From: Nitrosopumilus sp.
Lineage (GTDB): Archaea > Thermoproteota > Nitrososphaeria > Nitrososphaerales > Nitrosopumilaceae
Direction of reading: 5' to 3'
NCBI GenBank assembly: GCA_965207445.1
Contig: CBDBLX010000002.1
Span: forward strand, 2,039,849 to 2,103,848
Length of the DNA: 64,000 nucleotides
Part shown: positions 1 to 10,916 of the stretch, piece after piece
How positions within the stretch are numbered: position 1 is the stretch's first letter
How the letters are laid out: every line of letters begins with the position of its first letter
Made by a program: the position numbers and the translations under genes
Notes under the pieces: model-generated
Databases searched by the model: none
Seen by the model: only the letters and a program-made list of their open reading frames with translations
What the model was told of the DNA's origin: nothing

Positions 1-123
1 GGATTATTCAAAAATAACTTCTAGCTAAATGCATCGCATTCATGACATTCAATATGCAGACAGTGATGTGACCAAATATATGTATATGATTGCATTATTG
101 CATCTAAAGAGCTTGGTTTACAC
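1..123. mobile_element. MITE family B, copy truncated by window edge
   Basis: Similar to 36005-36127 (ttcaaaaataact.ctagc.aaatg...gagcttggtt.acac) and ends in the family TIR. Confidence 0.75.
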
Positions 124-210
124 ACATCATTTTGATCTTTGTAGTATTTGGGTCATAAAGGTCAAAATGTACTAGTGTAGAGAATTGATGATGTAAGAGA
201 GGATCAAATG

Positions 211-286
211 GTAACCGTTGAACTCCGTGCCAGCGCCAGACGTTAGGCGTCAAATGTTCCCAATTGGGAAGGAATTAAACGGTTAC
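211..286. mobile_element. MITE family A (IS66-like ends), degenerate copy
   Basis: gtaaccgtt...aacggttac TIR; internal similarity to 3799-3879. Confidence 0.8.
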
Positions 287-450
287 AATTAAGTGACGTG
301 TATAGTATATTGTCAGTAGTAGTGATTACAATTTCTACTGCCACAGAAAAACAACCCATATTACTTGATGGCGTTGTTTTTAGTGAAAATTATAAACACG
401 CAAATTAGCCAATAGAAACAGCTAAATATCAACAATCCAAATATTGTAAT

Positions 451-1089
451 ATGACGATCTCAAATACAAATAGAGAATTTATTGACAATCTAATTAATTA
501 TTACATAAGTGAGTCTAGTTCATACAAACAGATTGCAGAACATTATGTACCTGAGATAGAATCAGTTGCAGATGCAGCATTTGGTATAATCACAGGGTGT
601 ATTTACGCAAGTTTTCTTGAAACGTATAGAAATCAACAGATACAGCCCGGACTAGAAGACATGACAGAGTTTAACAATATGATAAAAAGTAGAGCGGCAG
701 AAATTAAAAAAGCAATAATTGATCCCGCATCAGTAGGGACAAATTATACGGCACATGTAGATACTAAAAAGAATTCAAAAAAAGACCAGTACAATGAACA
801 AACACATAATGCTACAAACCAACATACAGTAGATAAAAAATTAAACAAAACAACAGACAAAGGTACAGATGAGACAACGATAATGGGTAAGGAGGACGAT
901 GTACCAAATGAGCAAAAGACCAGTAAAGATACAAATGTAAAAGATCATAATGTATCTACAAAGGTATCAAAAGTAAAAACAACACATGAGTCAGGATTTG
1001 AGCCAAATGAGCAAAAGACCAGTAAAGATACAAATGTAAAAGATCATAATGCATCTACAAAGGTATCAAAAGTAAAAAATATCTCATAA
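451..1089 (+). CDS. Hypothetical protein: ~90-aa globular N-terminus plus low-complexity tail with a 25-aa duplication
   Basis: ORF; PNEQKTSKDTNVKDHNxSTKVSKVK occurs twice. Confidence 0.75.
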   Translation: MTISNTNREFIDNLINYYISESSSYKQIAEHYVPEIESVADAAFGIITGCIYASFLETYRNQQIQPGLEDMTEFNNMIKSRAAEIKKAIIDPASVGTNYTAHVDTKKNSKKDQYNEQTHNATNQHTVDKKLNKTTDKGTDETTIMGKEDDVPNEQKTSKDTNVKDHNVSTKVSKVKTTHESGFEPNEQKTSKDTNVKDHNASTKVSKVKNIS

Positions 1090-1202
1090 CAGTCACCATC
1101 ATTAGCACCACATCATTAACACCCATTAGCACTACCACTAACACGCCTGAAAAATTACCACCACAAGCAACAGTTTAATTTTCAAACATACACAACACAC
1201 AC

Positions 1203-1298
1203 ATGGGTCTTGAAGGTGGTAAGATAATATTTGTATTTGGTGTAGCAGGGGCAGTAGCAACTGCAGTTATAGCACTATACTTTTCCCTAATTCGTTAA
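1203..1298 (+). CDS. 31-aa single-TM microprotein (MGLEGGKIIFVFGVAGAVATAVIALYFSLIR)
   Basis: Manual translation; hydrophobic helix; not in ORF track. Confidence 0.55.
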   Translation: MGLEGGKIIFVFGVAGAVATAVIALYFSLIR

Positions 1299-1329
1299 AG
1301 ATAAATCACTAGCAAATACGAGTCATCAT

Positions 1330-1653
1330 ATGACAACAAAAGATGAATTTAGAATTGCGCAGATTGTAGATAATGGTAAGACAATCCAGCTCACTCTAGT
1401 AGAGGATGTCTCAACTGAGCCAATCACGCAAAAACAAATGATAATGGAAAATGTCTCAAAGACTCTAGATAACGATACCAAAGAACACGTCATGCCAATA
1501 CTGACTGCAATATTGCAGGCGCAACCCACAGTAAAGATAAAGTCATATCAACAGACTCAAATCGTAATGACTATGCCAGTATCAAGATTCGAATCCATGG
1601 GAAGGCCAAGTGTAGGCCAAGTGATTGAACTAGACTTTAAAAAACAAACTTGA
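1330..1653 (+). CDS. Hypothetical protein
   Basis: 107-aa ORF with protein-like composition. Confidence 0.75.
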   Translation: MTTKDEFRIAQIVDNGKTIQLTLVEDVSTEPITQKQMIMENVSKTLDNDTKEHVMPILTAILQAQPTVKIKSYQQTQIVMTMPVSRFESMGRPSVGQVIELDFKKQT

Positions 1654-3750
1654 TTGAAGTTTATTACAAATCTCATCAATATTAGACATGGGTAATGAGC
1701 ACACAGAGTCTTTACACACATACACACTAGTTTTTTTCTGATCAAAGATTTTTCCTTTGAAAAACAGATATGTGTTAGATAACATCTCAAGTGATGCAGC
1801 ATCATCAATTGAAACTACAAACGAGTCAGGCATGTACATCTGATATATAGTATTACGTATATCAGGACTAGGATTGAGTACAGTAACCTCACGTGGTCCA
1901 GTAAACATCATCAACATTACATTGAGCATGTATCCAAATGCAAATGGATTCTCTGCACTAGCACGAAAAACAGAGTGAATAGACGCACTACACACATCAA
2001 GATATGTGTTATTTCCTGTAAGATGATACAGTCGAAGCATAATATATGTTGCAACAGAATTTCCCGATGGTACAGAGAGGTCATAGATATTTTGAGGTCG
2101 CGTAATTAATTGTTCATGGGAATTTCCAGTCATGTAAAAGCAGTTTTTTGTAGCATCCCAAAATTCATCGCATAGTATATGACCAAACTTCATAGCAGAT
2201 TGTAGATATTGAACATTAGATTCAACCTCAAATAGATCTAAAAGTGCACATGTAAAATACGCATAATCTTCAAGATACGCATCTATTTTGGCATGTCCGT
2301 CTTTGTATGTACGCAAAAGTTTACCATCTATAATCATTTTAGACTCAATAAATGACACACATTTTTTAGCAGCATTCAGATATGCAATATTCCCAGAAAC
2401 GCGATAACCCTTTACAAGTGCAGAGACAAACAGAGCATTCCATGACACCAATATTTTGGTATCAAGTCCAGGTGTCAATCTTTTGTTGCGCTCATTTAAT
2501 AACTTTGTACAAGATACATGGAGTGAACTCTTTGCATCTTCTTCTGATACTCCAAGCTTAAATGCGACAGTAGATAAGGCCAAATTATTACACAAGATTG
2601 TCTCGCCTTCCCAATTGCCACCATCCGTAACATCATAATATAGACAAAAAAGATCGGCATCAGCATTATTGCCTAAAATACTCAAGATCTCTTGTTTTTT
2701 CCACGTATAATATTTTCCTTCAACACCTTCAGAGTCAGCATCATATGCAGAATAAAAACCACCATCAGGGGACGTCATGTCACGCAAAACAAAGTCAAGA
2801 GTTTTTTGCATAACATCCAAAAAGAACATATTCTTTGTTATTTGATATGCTTCTGCATAATTGATTGGGATCAAAGCATTATCATATAACATTTTCTCAA
2901 AATGTGGCACAAGCCACCTAGCATCAGTAGAGTATCTATGAAATCCGCCACCGATTTGATCAAATATACCACCCCTAGCCATCTTCTCAAGTGTCTTTAA
3001 TGCAAATGCCTCAAACGTTGCATGTCCAGAGATTTTTGCGTAATATAACAAAAATGACACACATGCAGTATTGGGAAATTTCGGAGCAGAACCAAATCCA
3101 CCGTATGTAGAGTCCCCATTGTCATACAAATTCATAGCCGCCTCATCAAATGTAATCTTGTCAAACCCTAACTCTTTACGAGGTTGTTGTGAAGAGAGTA
3201 ACGTTTGTGATTCAATATCAGTAGTTTTAGGTGTGTCGTGGATACGCTCTGCCTTTTTCATTGTGTTAACAAAATCATCGGCTCGAGACTTTACATCATC
3301 TTGTTTTTCACGCCATGCTTGAGCAAGTTGCCTACAAAGACTACCAAATCCAGGTCGGCCATATGAATCCAGAGGAGGATAATATGTGCCAACATGAAAT
3401 GGCTTTTGGTCAGGTGTCAAAAATACGCTTAATGGCCATCCTCCTTGACCAGTAGCCATTTGACACGCTTTTTGATATATGTCATCTATGTCAGGCCTCT
3501 CTTCTCTATCTACCTTTATGTTGATAAAATTCTCATTCATAAACTCAGCAATATCATCATTCTCAAATGACTCATGTGCCATAACATGACACCAATGACA
3601 AGAACTATACCCGACACTCAGAAAGATAGGTTTGCACTCAGCGATAGCTCTTTGAAGGGCTTCACTGCCCCATGCATACCAATCAACAGGATTGTCGGCG
3701 TGCTGTAAGAGATACGGACTAGTTTCTTGAGCAAGTCTGTTTTTAGCCAC
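1630..3750 (-). CDS. YyaL/SPATA20-like thioredoxin-domain (DUF255) protein
   Basis: [50 protein letters not shown]; probable GTG start at 3750; the longer ORF reads through a MITE. Confidence 0.92.
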   Translation of the reverse strand: MAKNRLAQETSPYLLQHADNPVDWYAWGSEALQRAIAECKPIFLSVGYSSCHWCHVMAHESFENDDIAEFMNENFINIKVDREERPDIDDIYQKACQMATGQGGWPLSVFLTPDQKPFHVGTYYPPLDSYGRPGFGSLCRQLAQAWREKQDDVKSRADDFVNTMKKAERIHDTPKTTDIESQTLLSSQQPRKELGFDKITFDEAAMNLYDNGDSTYGGFGSAPKFPNTACVSFLLYYAKISGHATFEAFALKTLEKMARGGIFDQIGGGFHRYSTDARWLVPHFEKMLYDNALIPINYAEAYQITKNMFFLDVMQKTLDFVLRDMTSPDGGFYSAYDADSEGVEGKYYTWKKQEILSILGNNADADLFCLYYDVTDGGNWEGETILCNNLALSTVAFKLGVSEEDAKSSLHVSCTKLLNERNKRLTPGLDTKILVSWNALFVSALVKGYRVSGNIAYLNAAKKCVSFIESKMIIDGKLLRTYKDGHAKIDAYLEDYAYFTCALLDLFEVESNVQYLQSAMKFGHILCDEFWDATKNCFYMTGNSHEQLITRPQNIYDLSVPSGNSVATYIMLRLYHLTGNNTYLDVCSASIHSVFRASAENPFAFGYMLNVMLMMFTGPREVTVLNPSPDIRNTIYQMYMPDSFVVSIDDAASLEMLSNTYLFFKGKIFDQKKTSVYVCKDSVCSLPMSNIDEICNKLQSSLFFKV

Positions 3751-3798
3751 AATAAAAGACGAAAAGACGCCTATTTGTATGAATCCGAGGTCAGATAC

Positions 3799-3879
3799 GT
3801 AACCGTTCAACCCCTTCCCAAATTTAGGCACAAATTCACCACCTAACGTCTGGCGCAGGTACGGGGGTTGAACGGTTAC
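3799..3879. mobile_element. MITE family A, 81 bp
   Basis: 16-bp TIR gtaaccgttcaacccc/ggggttgaacggttac; nearly identical to 53824-53904. Confidence 0.9.
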
Positions 3880-3988
3880 AGTAAAAATACTGTAAACTTT
3901 AAAATACACAAGTCTGTATAATACACGTACGGTTCCCGCTAGTGGAAGTTGCTGGCTACGGGTTCATACCGAGGCTCAGGGACCGACA

Positions 3989-4141
3989 TCATCTATAAAC
4001 GCAACCCGACTCAAAGTAACTGCCGTCAATGTTGTGATACTTTTCCCTGATGGACTCCCACCTGCGCTTCTTGACATGGTCGGTCTTGTACATGATCTGA
4101 ACCGCGTATGCAAAAAAGTCAGCCAGTTGGAGGACTGGTTC
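3989..4141 (-). pseudogene. 3' fragment of a DUF3800-like gene
   Basis: Translates EPVLQLADFFAYAVQIMYKT...SGCVYR*; QLADxxAY resembles the DUF3800 motif. Confidence 0.55.
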
Positions 4142-4157
4142 TTGCAGCGGGTCTCCA

Positions 4158-4880
4158 TTACGTATCCTTTGTTATCGTAACTACATCGATTTCGGCATCA
4201 CAATTCTTATTCGTACACGTAGTGGTGGTCAAATCACACACGTCTGTTACTGGCATCTCCTCAAGCGTGTATGCCTCCTTTGGATTTTGTTTACGACGTC
4301 TTGTGTTCTTTTTGGATTGGTTGCTCTTTGTACTGAATGCTCTTTCAATATGTTGTGGTTTGATCTGTGTGCACTCTTACCGTTCTCTCCATCACTCTTG
4401 CTTTTCTTGCTCTTGCCTGCGTCTATCCATTCCTCATCCTGGTAGTTTTCTGCATTCTTTTTGCGGTATTTGGCAATCTTTGACTGGGCATCACTATCCA
4501 TGGACGGAGGTGTTTGAATTACTTGTGAGCTTGCCTCGCTTTTTTTCATCATCAAGTTCCTTTTCGGCCTTTTCTGCCCGCTTCTCATCGCGAGTGTGAA
4601 TAGACTCTTCTAGTTTAGTCTCATCAAACTCTATGTTGTTTTCAGACAGTAGACTTGTCAAAGCCTTTGTCAGTCTGATCTGTCTATCCAATAGTTCGTG
4701 CATCTCATCTCTCTGCTGGATGGCCGATTCTGCCCTAACTTTTTGACTAAATACGTCCATCTTCAGACTCTCCATTGTGCCTATCAGGCACTCTACCACA
4801 CCCACAAGACCATCTATCCGCGTGGCCATTTCGTGTAATTCCCTGCGCAACACTACCGTCTCAGATACTGCAACAGCCAT
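4158..4880 (-). pseudogene. Frameshifted N-terminal part of an IS66-like transposase
   Basis: Coiled coil, SNSNT/PPSMD across a frameshift (resembles IS66 NSSxPPSxD), later Cys cluster; lies inside IS66-like ends. Confidence 0.55.
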
Positions 4881-5202
4881 CTCAAGACACTCCCGTACCC
4901 ATATTGGTTAAATTCAATCCACGTGATGAATTATCATTGATATTTGCACTCATTATTTTTCACGGTAATAATGAGTGTCGATATCTGCTTATAACCTCAG
5001 TATTGACCTTGCGATCTGATCTAGAGTACAAGTACACGTAGTGTGTGGGTAGATAATCAAGTCAAAGCCGCATCTGTGCTACTCTGGGCTTGGTGGTGGA
5101 GGGGGGTGATTGAGAGGTTGAACGGTTACGTCGGATACATTTGGTGTAAGTGTTGTTTTTTCTCACTATGAGTGCAGGTATTATGATTATTGTGCCATTA
5201 AG

Positions 5203-5250
5203 AGTGAGTGAGTGAGTGAGTGAGTGAGTGAGTGAGTGAGTGAGTGAGTG
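5203..5250. repeat. (GAGT)n microsatellite
   Basis: About 11-12 tandem units. Confidence 0.95.
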
Positions 5251-5325
5251 TTTTACAATCATCAAACCATACAAATCAGATATTTCAAGTGAAACATTCA
5301 AAATGTACAACATACGAGATATAGC

Positions 5326-5667
5326 ATGCCAGCAGATGGATATGTTAATGTGACAAAACAGTGCATATGTGCAGCCATTCCTATTTTAGACATGTATTCT
5401 GCATACCACATTAAGAAACTGAGAAGATATCTACTGTATGTGATTCTGCTAATTGCCATACCACAAAGTGTAATAGAATTTGTTGTGTTTGGAGGTCCTG
5501 GGGATATACAATATGCATATACTGCATTTTTGAATCCAGAGTCAGTCATGTTTTTTCAGAGTTTGTATATTGTGTTGTGGACTATAGGTGGGATTGTATT
5601 TTCTGTTATGATTATAAGATACTGGTCAATTGAGTGGAATTACAAGAGAGATATTTTAAATCTATAA
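5326..5667 (+). CDS. Hypothetical membrane protein
   Basis: ORF with 2 hydrophobic segments. Confidence 0.6.
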   Translation: MPADGYVNVTKQCICAAIPILDMYSAYHIKKLRRYLLYVILLIAIPQSVIEFVVFGGPGDIQYAYTAFLNPESVMFFQSLYIVLWTIGGIVFSVMIIRYWSIEWNYKRDILNL

Positions 5668-5985
5668 TGTTGTTATAAAATATAATTATGTAAAAATTGC
5701 ACTTTAAAGAGCACACTAGCGTCGCGCCCAATAGACAGTATGATCTCCATACATATACTATCCACTAGGAGGCATTGTTTCTTGCAAATCATACGCAGGT
5801 CTTAAGATATTACATATAAAACAAGTTTTCAATATCATTTTATGTTCTTCCTTGGGATATAATAAAAAATGAAGATTTAAAAATGTCGCGGTGTGATTAT
5901 ATTTGCTATCTTAACTTGTGTAATCGACTAAAAAATCCACTGCCAAACGACCGTATGGCATCAAAAAAAAAAGATAATCAGTTAT

Positions 5986-6270
5986 CTATCTGTCCCAGAT
6001 ACCTTTGCCTTCAGTCAATTCATATATTCGGACATTTATCTTTTTGAGTAAAGCTGCTTTGGATTTAGCAGTCTTTTTTGTCTGAGAGTAATCTTTGCGT
6101 TCTACCATACCCTGCAAAACTACAAGTTCATCAAGTGTCAGTTGGTTTATGCCATTTCTTGATTGGGCAACAATATTCAACAGTCTAACACGTTCTCTGT
6201 CTTCATTTGTAGTGTGCACAGTATTACAACTCTTAATTTCAGTGATGTATTGTACTATATATGATTTCAA
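5986..6270 (-). CDS. Small basic hypothetical protein (start uncertain)
   Basis: ORF; helical, Lys-rich C-terminus. Confidence 0.65.
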   Translation of the reverse strand: MKSYIVQYITEIKSCNTVHTTNEDRERVRLLNIVAQSRNGINQLTLDELVVLQGMVERKDYSQTKKTAKSKAALLKKINVRIYELTEGKGIWDR

Positions 6271-6399
6271 ACATAACGCTATTCAAAATTATAATTATTT
6301 GGATATGTGTGACGTGTTGCTATAGTGTGTCAAACGTGTATGTTGTAATTGTATTGCTTGTTTTCATTGCTCTCATTTTTTGGTTATAATGTTTTGATC

Positions 6400-6547
6400 G
6401 TGTGAATCAAGCTCTGTGGATGCAATAATAAAATTATATACCGTATTTGCTCATACTCCTATCGGCATATTGAATATCATGTATGCGCTATATTTGGCTA
6501 GGAGTTATTTTTGAATGATCATATTAATTATGGAGTTTGGTTCGCAC
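6400..6547. mobile_element. MITE family B, 148 bp, with 8-bp TSD
   Basis: TIR gtgtgaatcaagctc / gagtttggttcgcac; TSD ttttgatc at 6392-6399 and 6548-6555. Confidence 0.9.
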
Positions 6548-6709
6548 TTTTGATCTAATGTGATGATGTATAATTACAATAGTATGACATCAGTAACTGA
6601 AATTTAGATTTGGTCAACTAGACAACTAATCACTAAACAACTAATCAATTAAACTACAAACACAAACATAACGAAAAATATTAAAATTCAACATAAAGTA
6701 CAAAATCAC

Positions 6710-7747
6710 ATGAAAGATACTATGCGCGTCATGATGCTAAATGAATGTGCCCCAATAGAGACCAATCCACTTAAGCTCACCACAATAAAAAGACACAAGA
6801 TCAATAGACCCGATGAGATCTTGATCAAAATAGAAGCATGTGGAGTATGCCACTCTCAGCTTCATGGAATAGAAGGTGACTGGAAAGACATTGGAATACC
6901 GCCCACTCTGCCTACTGTTCCAGGACATGAAGTGGTAGGTACCATAGTAGAAGTAGGTAGTTCGGTTACAAAGTTCAAAGTAGGGCAAAGAGCAGGCGTA
7001 ACACCATTACTAGAGGCATGTGGTAAGTGTCAATACTGCACAATAGAGGAAAAAGAGTATCTCTGTGAATCATCCACAATAACAGGTGAGTCTATACGAG
7101 GCGGATATGCCGAATATATCACCGCTCCAGAAAACTTTGCAACACTAATACCAAATGACATGAAACCAGAATACGCAGCACCACTGTTTTGCGCAGGCAT
7201 TACAGCATACAAAGCAGTTAAAGCAGCAGAACCACAAAAGGGAAAAAAGATAGGCATATTTGGAATAGGTGGAGTAGGGCATATGGCAATTCAATTTGCC
7301 AAGGTCGAAGAGTGCAACGTAACAGCAATATCAAGGGCACAAAAACACCTTGATGTTGCAAAGAGACTAGGGGCAGATAATATAGTAGTGTTTACAGATA
7401 ATACAGAATTCATAGGTGATATAAAAGACAAAGTAGGATTACTTGATGCTGCAATAGTATTTGCACCTGCAGATGCTGTGATGGATATGGCAGTTGCATC
7501 GGTTAAAAAAGGAGGTATCATAGTGATCGCAACTATTGGAAAGAATCCAGAGTTTCTTGCATTTGAGGAAAAGACAATACGTGGAACACTGATCGGATCT
7601 ACAAAAGACATGGAGCAAGTAATCAAGATATGCAAAGAGAATAATCTAACGGTAGTTTCACAGACATATCCACTTGAAGATGCAAATCATGTATTACACA
7701 TGTTAAAAGACTCCAAGATAGATGCGCGTGCAGTACTAATTCCATGA
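6710..7747 (+). CDS. Zn-dependent alcohol dehydrogenase (MDR family)
   Basis: CGVCHS, GHEVVG, CxxCxxC, GIGGVG. Confidence 0.93.
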   Translation: MKDTMRVMMLNECAPIETNPLKLTTIKRHKINRPDEILIKIEACGVCHSQLHGIEGDWKDIGIPPTLPTVPGHEVVGTIVEVGSSVTKFKVGQRAGVTPLLEACGKCQYCTIEEKEYLCESSTITGESIRGGYAEYITAPENFATLIPNDMKPEYAAPLFCAGITAYKAVKAAEPQKGKKIGIFGIGGVGHMAIQFAKVEECNVTAISRAQKHLDVAKRLGADNIVVFTDNTEFIGDIKDKVGLLDAAIVFAPADAVMDMAVASVKKGGIIVIATIGKNPEFLAFEEKTIRGTLIGSTKDMEQVIKICKENNLTVVSQTYPLEDANHVLHMLKDSKIDARAVLIP

Positions 7748-7818
7748 ATAATCAAAAAAATATTACACAAATATGATTATAGATACAAGTTATAACCCAT
7801 ACTAAAAACAATACAATA

Positions 7819-7989
7819 ATGATTTGTAGTAGATGTCACCACACACACGAAGCACACACATACAAGAATCAAGATGCACAAAATAATAAAAATAGTTCAC
7901 TTATGAGAACAGGTGAGTGTATTGTACCAGAGTGTAATTGTAAGCAATACATAGATCCCATAATCGAGATAGATGAAGAATTATTGTAA
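7819..7989 (+). CDS. 56-aa Cys/His-rich putative metal-binding microprotein
   Basis: Manual translation MICSRCHHTHEAH...GECIVPECNCKQYIDPIIEIDEELL. Confidence 0.7.
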   Translation: MICSRCHHTHEAHTYKNQDAQNNKNSSLMRTGECIVPECNCKQYIDPIIEIDEELL

Positions 7990-8017
7990 ATTCATATAAC
8001 AGGTACAATTATAAAAT

Positions 8018-8275
8018 TTGATGAAAACACACAAGGATCATAAATCTTCTGAGCAAACTCTGAAAGAGTTAGACAATGTGCTATCGCGGTTAAATGCAAT
8101 GGAGGTTGTGGCTGATAGTGACTTTCAAAAAGACACCATAAAGATAATGAGAATGCTAGTAGATGGCCAGATGCATTCAATTAAAGAATTTGATCATCTA
8201 AAAAAAGCAATGGATGTGATGTTGCAACAAATATTCAAGATTCAGAACCAAAGCAACATGGCACAGTCACAATAG
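8018..8275 (+). CDS. Hypothetical coiled-coil protein
   Basis: 85-aa ORF. Confidence 0.7.
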   Translation: MMKTHKDHKSSEQTLKELDNVLSRLNAMEVVADSDFQKDTIKIMRMLVDGQMHSIKEFDHLKKAMDVMLQQIFKIQNQSNMAQSQ

Positions 8276-9064
8276 ACGAGTCTCACTCATACCACAATCA
8301 GTGCATCGGTACAGTACAGAATTTTCTCCAACCTTGTTTGCCAAGTTCATATAAGAGCCACAACATGGGCACGCGATGACATTTGGTGCAGAGGATGCGA
8401 GATCGTCTTTTGTAACGGTTTTTGATGCTGTAGATGAGGTAGTTTTGTTATTGTTGTCTGCATTATGATGAACATCATCATCATTATCATTATCATTATT
8501 ATCATTATTATTATCATGATCATTATTATTACTACTATCATCATTCTCAAAGTGATCATGATTATTATTTTTATCAGAAACATCATCAATAGAGTCATCA
8601 GTATCAGATAAAGAGTCAATCTTATCAGTTGTAGAATCAGTATACTCATCATCAGAATCTAGTATCTTTCGAACACGATAACTTGGTTTTTTCTCAAGTG
8701 CGTCAATTGCAGGATTACATAATGGTCGATAAGTTGAAAGTATACGTCTTTGAATTAGTTGCCTCTGCTTGGGATTATCTTTGAGTGGTAGAACTGCAAG
8801 GTGTAAAGCAGAGTCAGTACCGGCTTTTTCCACCCAGCACTTGAATTGTTTGTGTTGAATGAAAAAGGCCTTGTCATTAGTATAAGAACAATCACCCACA
8901 TACAAGATATTGAATCTGTCCTTGTCTCTAGACATTACAAGATAGACAAGATCACCCATAGGAGGACCCCATTCAGATAGTGGGATTGGTCCTAGAAACT
9001 CATATTGTAATATTTGTATACTCACAATTGATATCATCATGTATTGTTTTTCACTGTTTCGCAT
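8267..9064 (-). CDS. Hypothetical protein with D/N-rich linker and C-terminal Zn ribbon (start uncertain)
   Basis: CPCC...CTDC at C-terminus; poly-D/N tract. Confidence 0.75.
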   Translation of the reverse strand: MRNSEKQYMMISIVSIQILQYEFLGPIPLSEWGPPMGDLVYLVMSRDKDRFNILYVGDCSYTNDKAFFIQHKQFKCWVEKAGTDSALHLAVLPLKDNPKQRQLIQRRILSTYRPLCNPAIDALEKKPSYRVRKILDSDDEYTDSTTDKIDSLSDTDDSIDDVSDKNNNHDHFENDDSSNNNDHDNNNDNNDNDNDDDVHHNADNNNKTTSSTASKTVTKDDLASSAPNVIACPCCGSYMNLANKVGENSVLYRCTDCGMSETRLL

Positions 9065-9213
9065 TATCCATCAAATACTAACAAACTAGTCATCGATGAA
9101 TGATGTCATCAGTTGTACATCAAAATAAAATTCATCATTAAAATCACGTAATGCCCCAACAAAAATCATACACTTGAAAGGATTAAATTTATGAATTGTA
9201 GATTCATATCTAA

Positions 9214-9462
9214 ATGAGCGACCCACATAACCATGCAAAAGTAGGCCATGCAATGATCGTAGTATCAGCAAGCCTTGCAGCAATAGGTCTCTTGGCGCTT
9301 GCAATTGGTTCTGATGTATTATTTGCAGATAACATACAAAGAGATAACACAATGCACTTTAACGAATGCAAAGCAAGCGACTTTCAGCTAGACGGTTGTG
9401 AAAAATATCATGACAGAATCAATAATGCAATATCTGGAATTTATGTAGACTTGGACAAGTAA
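9214..9462 (+). CDS. Small membrane protein
   Basis: N-terminal TM helix. Confidence 0.7.
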   Translation: MSDPHNHAKVGHAMIVVSASLAAIGLLALAIGSDVLFADNIQRDNTMHFNECKASDFQLDGCEKYHDRINNAISGIYVDLDK

Positions 9463-9556
9463 TGACATAAATGAAAAGTTATTATTATCATATAAAGACA
9501 ACATTGAATTATTAATGTAAGCGTACATGATTTCAATTTATCAATTACACCAATGA

Positions 9557-9611
9557 TCATACGTCAATCATACGTCAATCATACGTCAATCATACGTCAA
9601 TCATACGTCAA
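9557..9611. repeat. 11-bp tandem repeat (TCATACGTCAA)x5
   Basis: Directly visible. Confidence 0.9.
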
Positions 9612-9723
9612 TAATTAGACGCGAACTTACCATACACTGCCTCAACCACATGAATTAAATAATTTCTCTAAGAAATAGCACACAAGGGTTTACTTTAATT
9701 TCTCTCAAGATATACAAAGTTCA

Positions 9724-9966
9724 ATGACACCTATTTCACATATCAAAAAGCTCACAATACTTGCAGGTGGTATAATGATTGTATTTGGTTTTGTATTTTT
9801 ACTACAAAGTCAAGGCACACTAGGACCAGAATCATCATTTATGTACGCAAATCCTCAATGGGACACAAACGGTAAGGTGATAATAATTATGGGTGTGTGT
9901 TTATGTATCGTTGGCATAATAGTTCAAATTGTTACAAAAACACATAGAAAAGATACTTTGCGTTGA
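9724..9966 (+). CDS. Small 2-TM membrane protein
   Basis: Two hydrophobic helices around GPESSFMY. Confidence 0.7.
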   Translation: MTPISHIKKLTILAGGIMIVFGFVFLLQSQGTLGPESSFMYANPQWDTNGKVIIIMGVCLCIVGIIVQIVTKTHRKDTLR

Positions 9967-10158
9967 CGCAATGTTAAAAATCATCTAAAAAACCATGTAT
10001 AGAAATTATTGGGATTATATACAAAGGCAGACTAAGCATTCTATAGTGAGTGGATCTGCAGTGCCAACCCACAAAGATCATACTGTTGCCTATGATGGAG
10101 TGTATTCGAACATGAACATTAAGGACTGTTTTATTTTAAATAAATTAAGACCCTGTGC

Positions 10159-10239
10159 GTAACCGTTCAACCCACGTGCCTGCACCAGATGTTAGGCGGC
10201 GAGTCTGTGCCTAAATTTGGGAAGAGGTTGAACAGTTAC
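10159..10239. mobile_element. MITE family A, 81 bp
   Basis: gtaaccgttcaacc...ggttgaacagttac. Confidence 0.9.
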
Positions 10240-10618
10240 AATGGCAAGGTACGAAAATTACGGCGGACTTGTAGGTGGAAAATTATTCACAATGGATGTG
10301 TTTGTAGATTCAATTGCCGGAGCGATCAGAAAAATGCTTCGGTGGGAATTAGAGCACGGTGGTTCCCTGCCATTGTAAATTTGTCGCACTGCATAATTAG
10401 AAATAAGATCATTAAAAATTGAGCACATTGCGAACTACTATCTTGCATATCTGCAATCCCAAAACACGCGAATCTGACGGCCCTGCTTGGAGATTTGGAT
10501 CATCACTATGGAGTATGTTCTAATGCTTGCGATGTTCCAAGCACGTTACTATAGAAAACCGACACATTGCGGTGATAGGAGATGTCGCAACGACAGTAGA
10601 TCTTTAACAGAGCTACTA
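10240..10618 (+). mobile_element. Degraded IS remnant ending in a family C-type terminal repeat
   Basis: 10599-10618 gatctttaacagagctacta resembles gatctttaatgaaattacta; broken ORFs, higher GC. Confidence 0.45.
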
Positions 10619-10631
10619 ATTTTGTTATACA

Positions 10632-10741
10632 TACTGATATGATTAAAGATCCGATATTTTGATTGATATTCATCTCGAAGTTGAGCACATATTATGAATA
10701 CAAAATATTAGAAAACTAACGGATCTTTAATGAAACTATTA
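10632..10741. mobile_element. MITE family C, ~110 bp
   Basis: Two mismatches from 21362-21471; TIR attaaagatccg / cggatctttaat. Confidence 0.9.
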
Positions 10742-10916
10742 TAGACTAGTTCGAATCTCGGTCTTTATTTGTCGAGTTCTTTAGAGTGTAATATCGTATT
10801 GTACCACTGAGTGATGGCAACGAATTCTTCTTGGACTTGTCTTCAGACGCCATTGGTATTCTTAAGGTAGATTTATTTAAAAGATTATCGAGTACTTTAT
10901 GTGCATATCGATAACC

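Larger units (their letters stand above)
3799..5129 (-). mobile_element. Defective IS66-like composite element (IS end, transposase remnant, captured fragment, MITE A)
   Basis: Ends gtaaccgttcaacc / ggttgaacggttac; flanks gtcagatac (3790-3798) and gtcggatac (5130-5138), 8/9 identical. Confidence 0.8.

Noticed and set aside
3751..3909. N-terminal extension of the 759-aa ORF
   Set aside because: Read-through of MITE A; family similarity starts at about 3750
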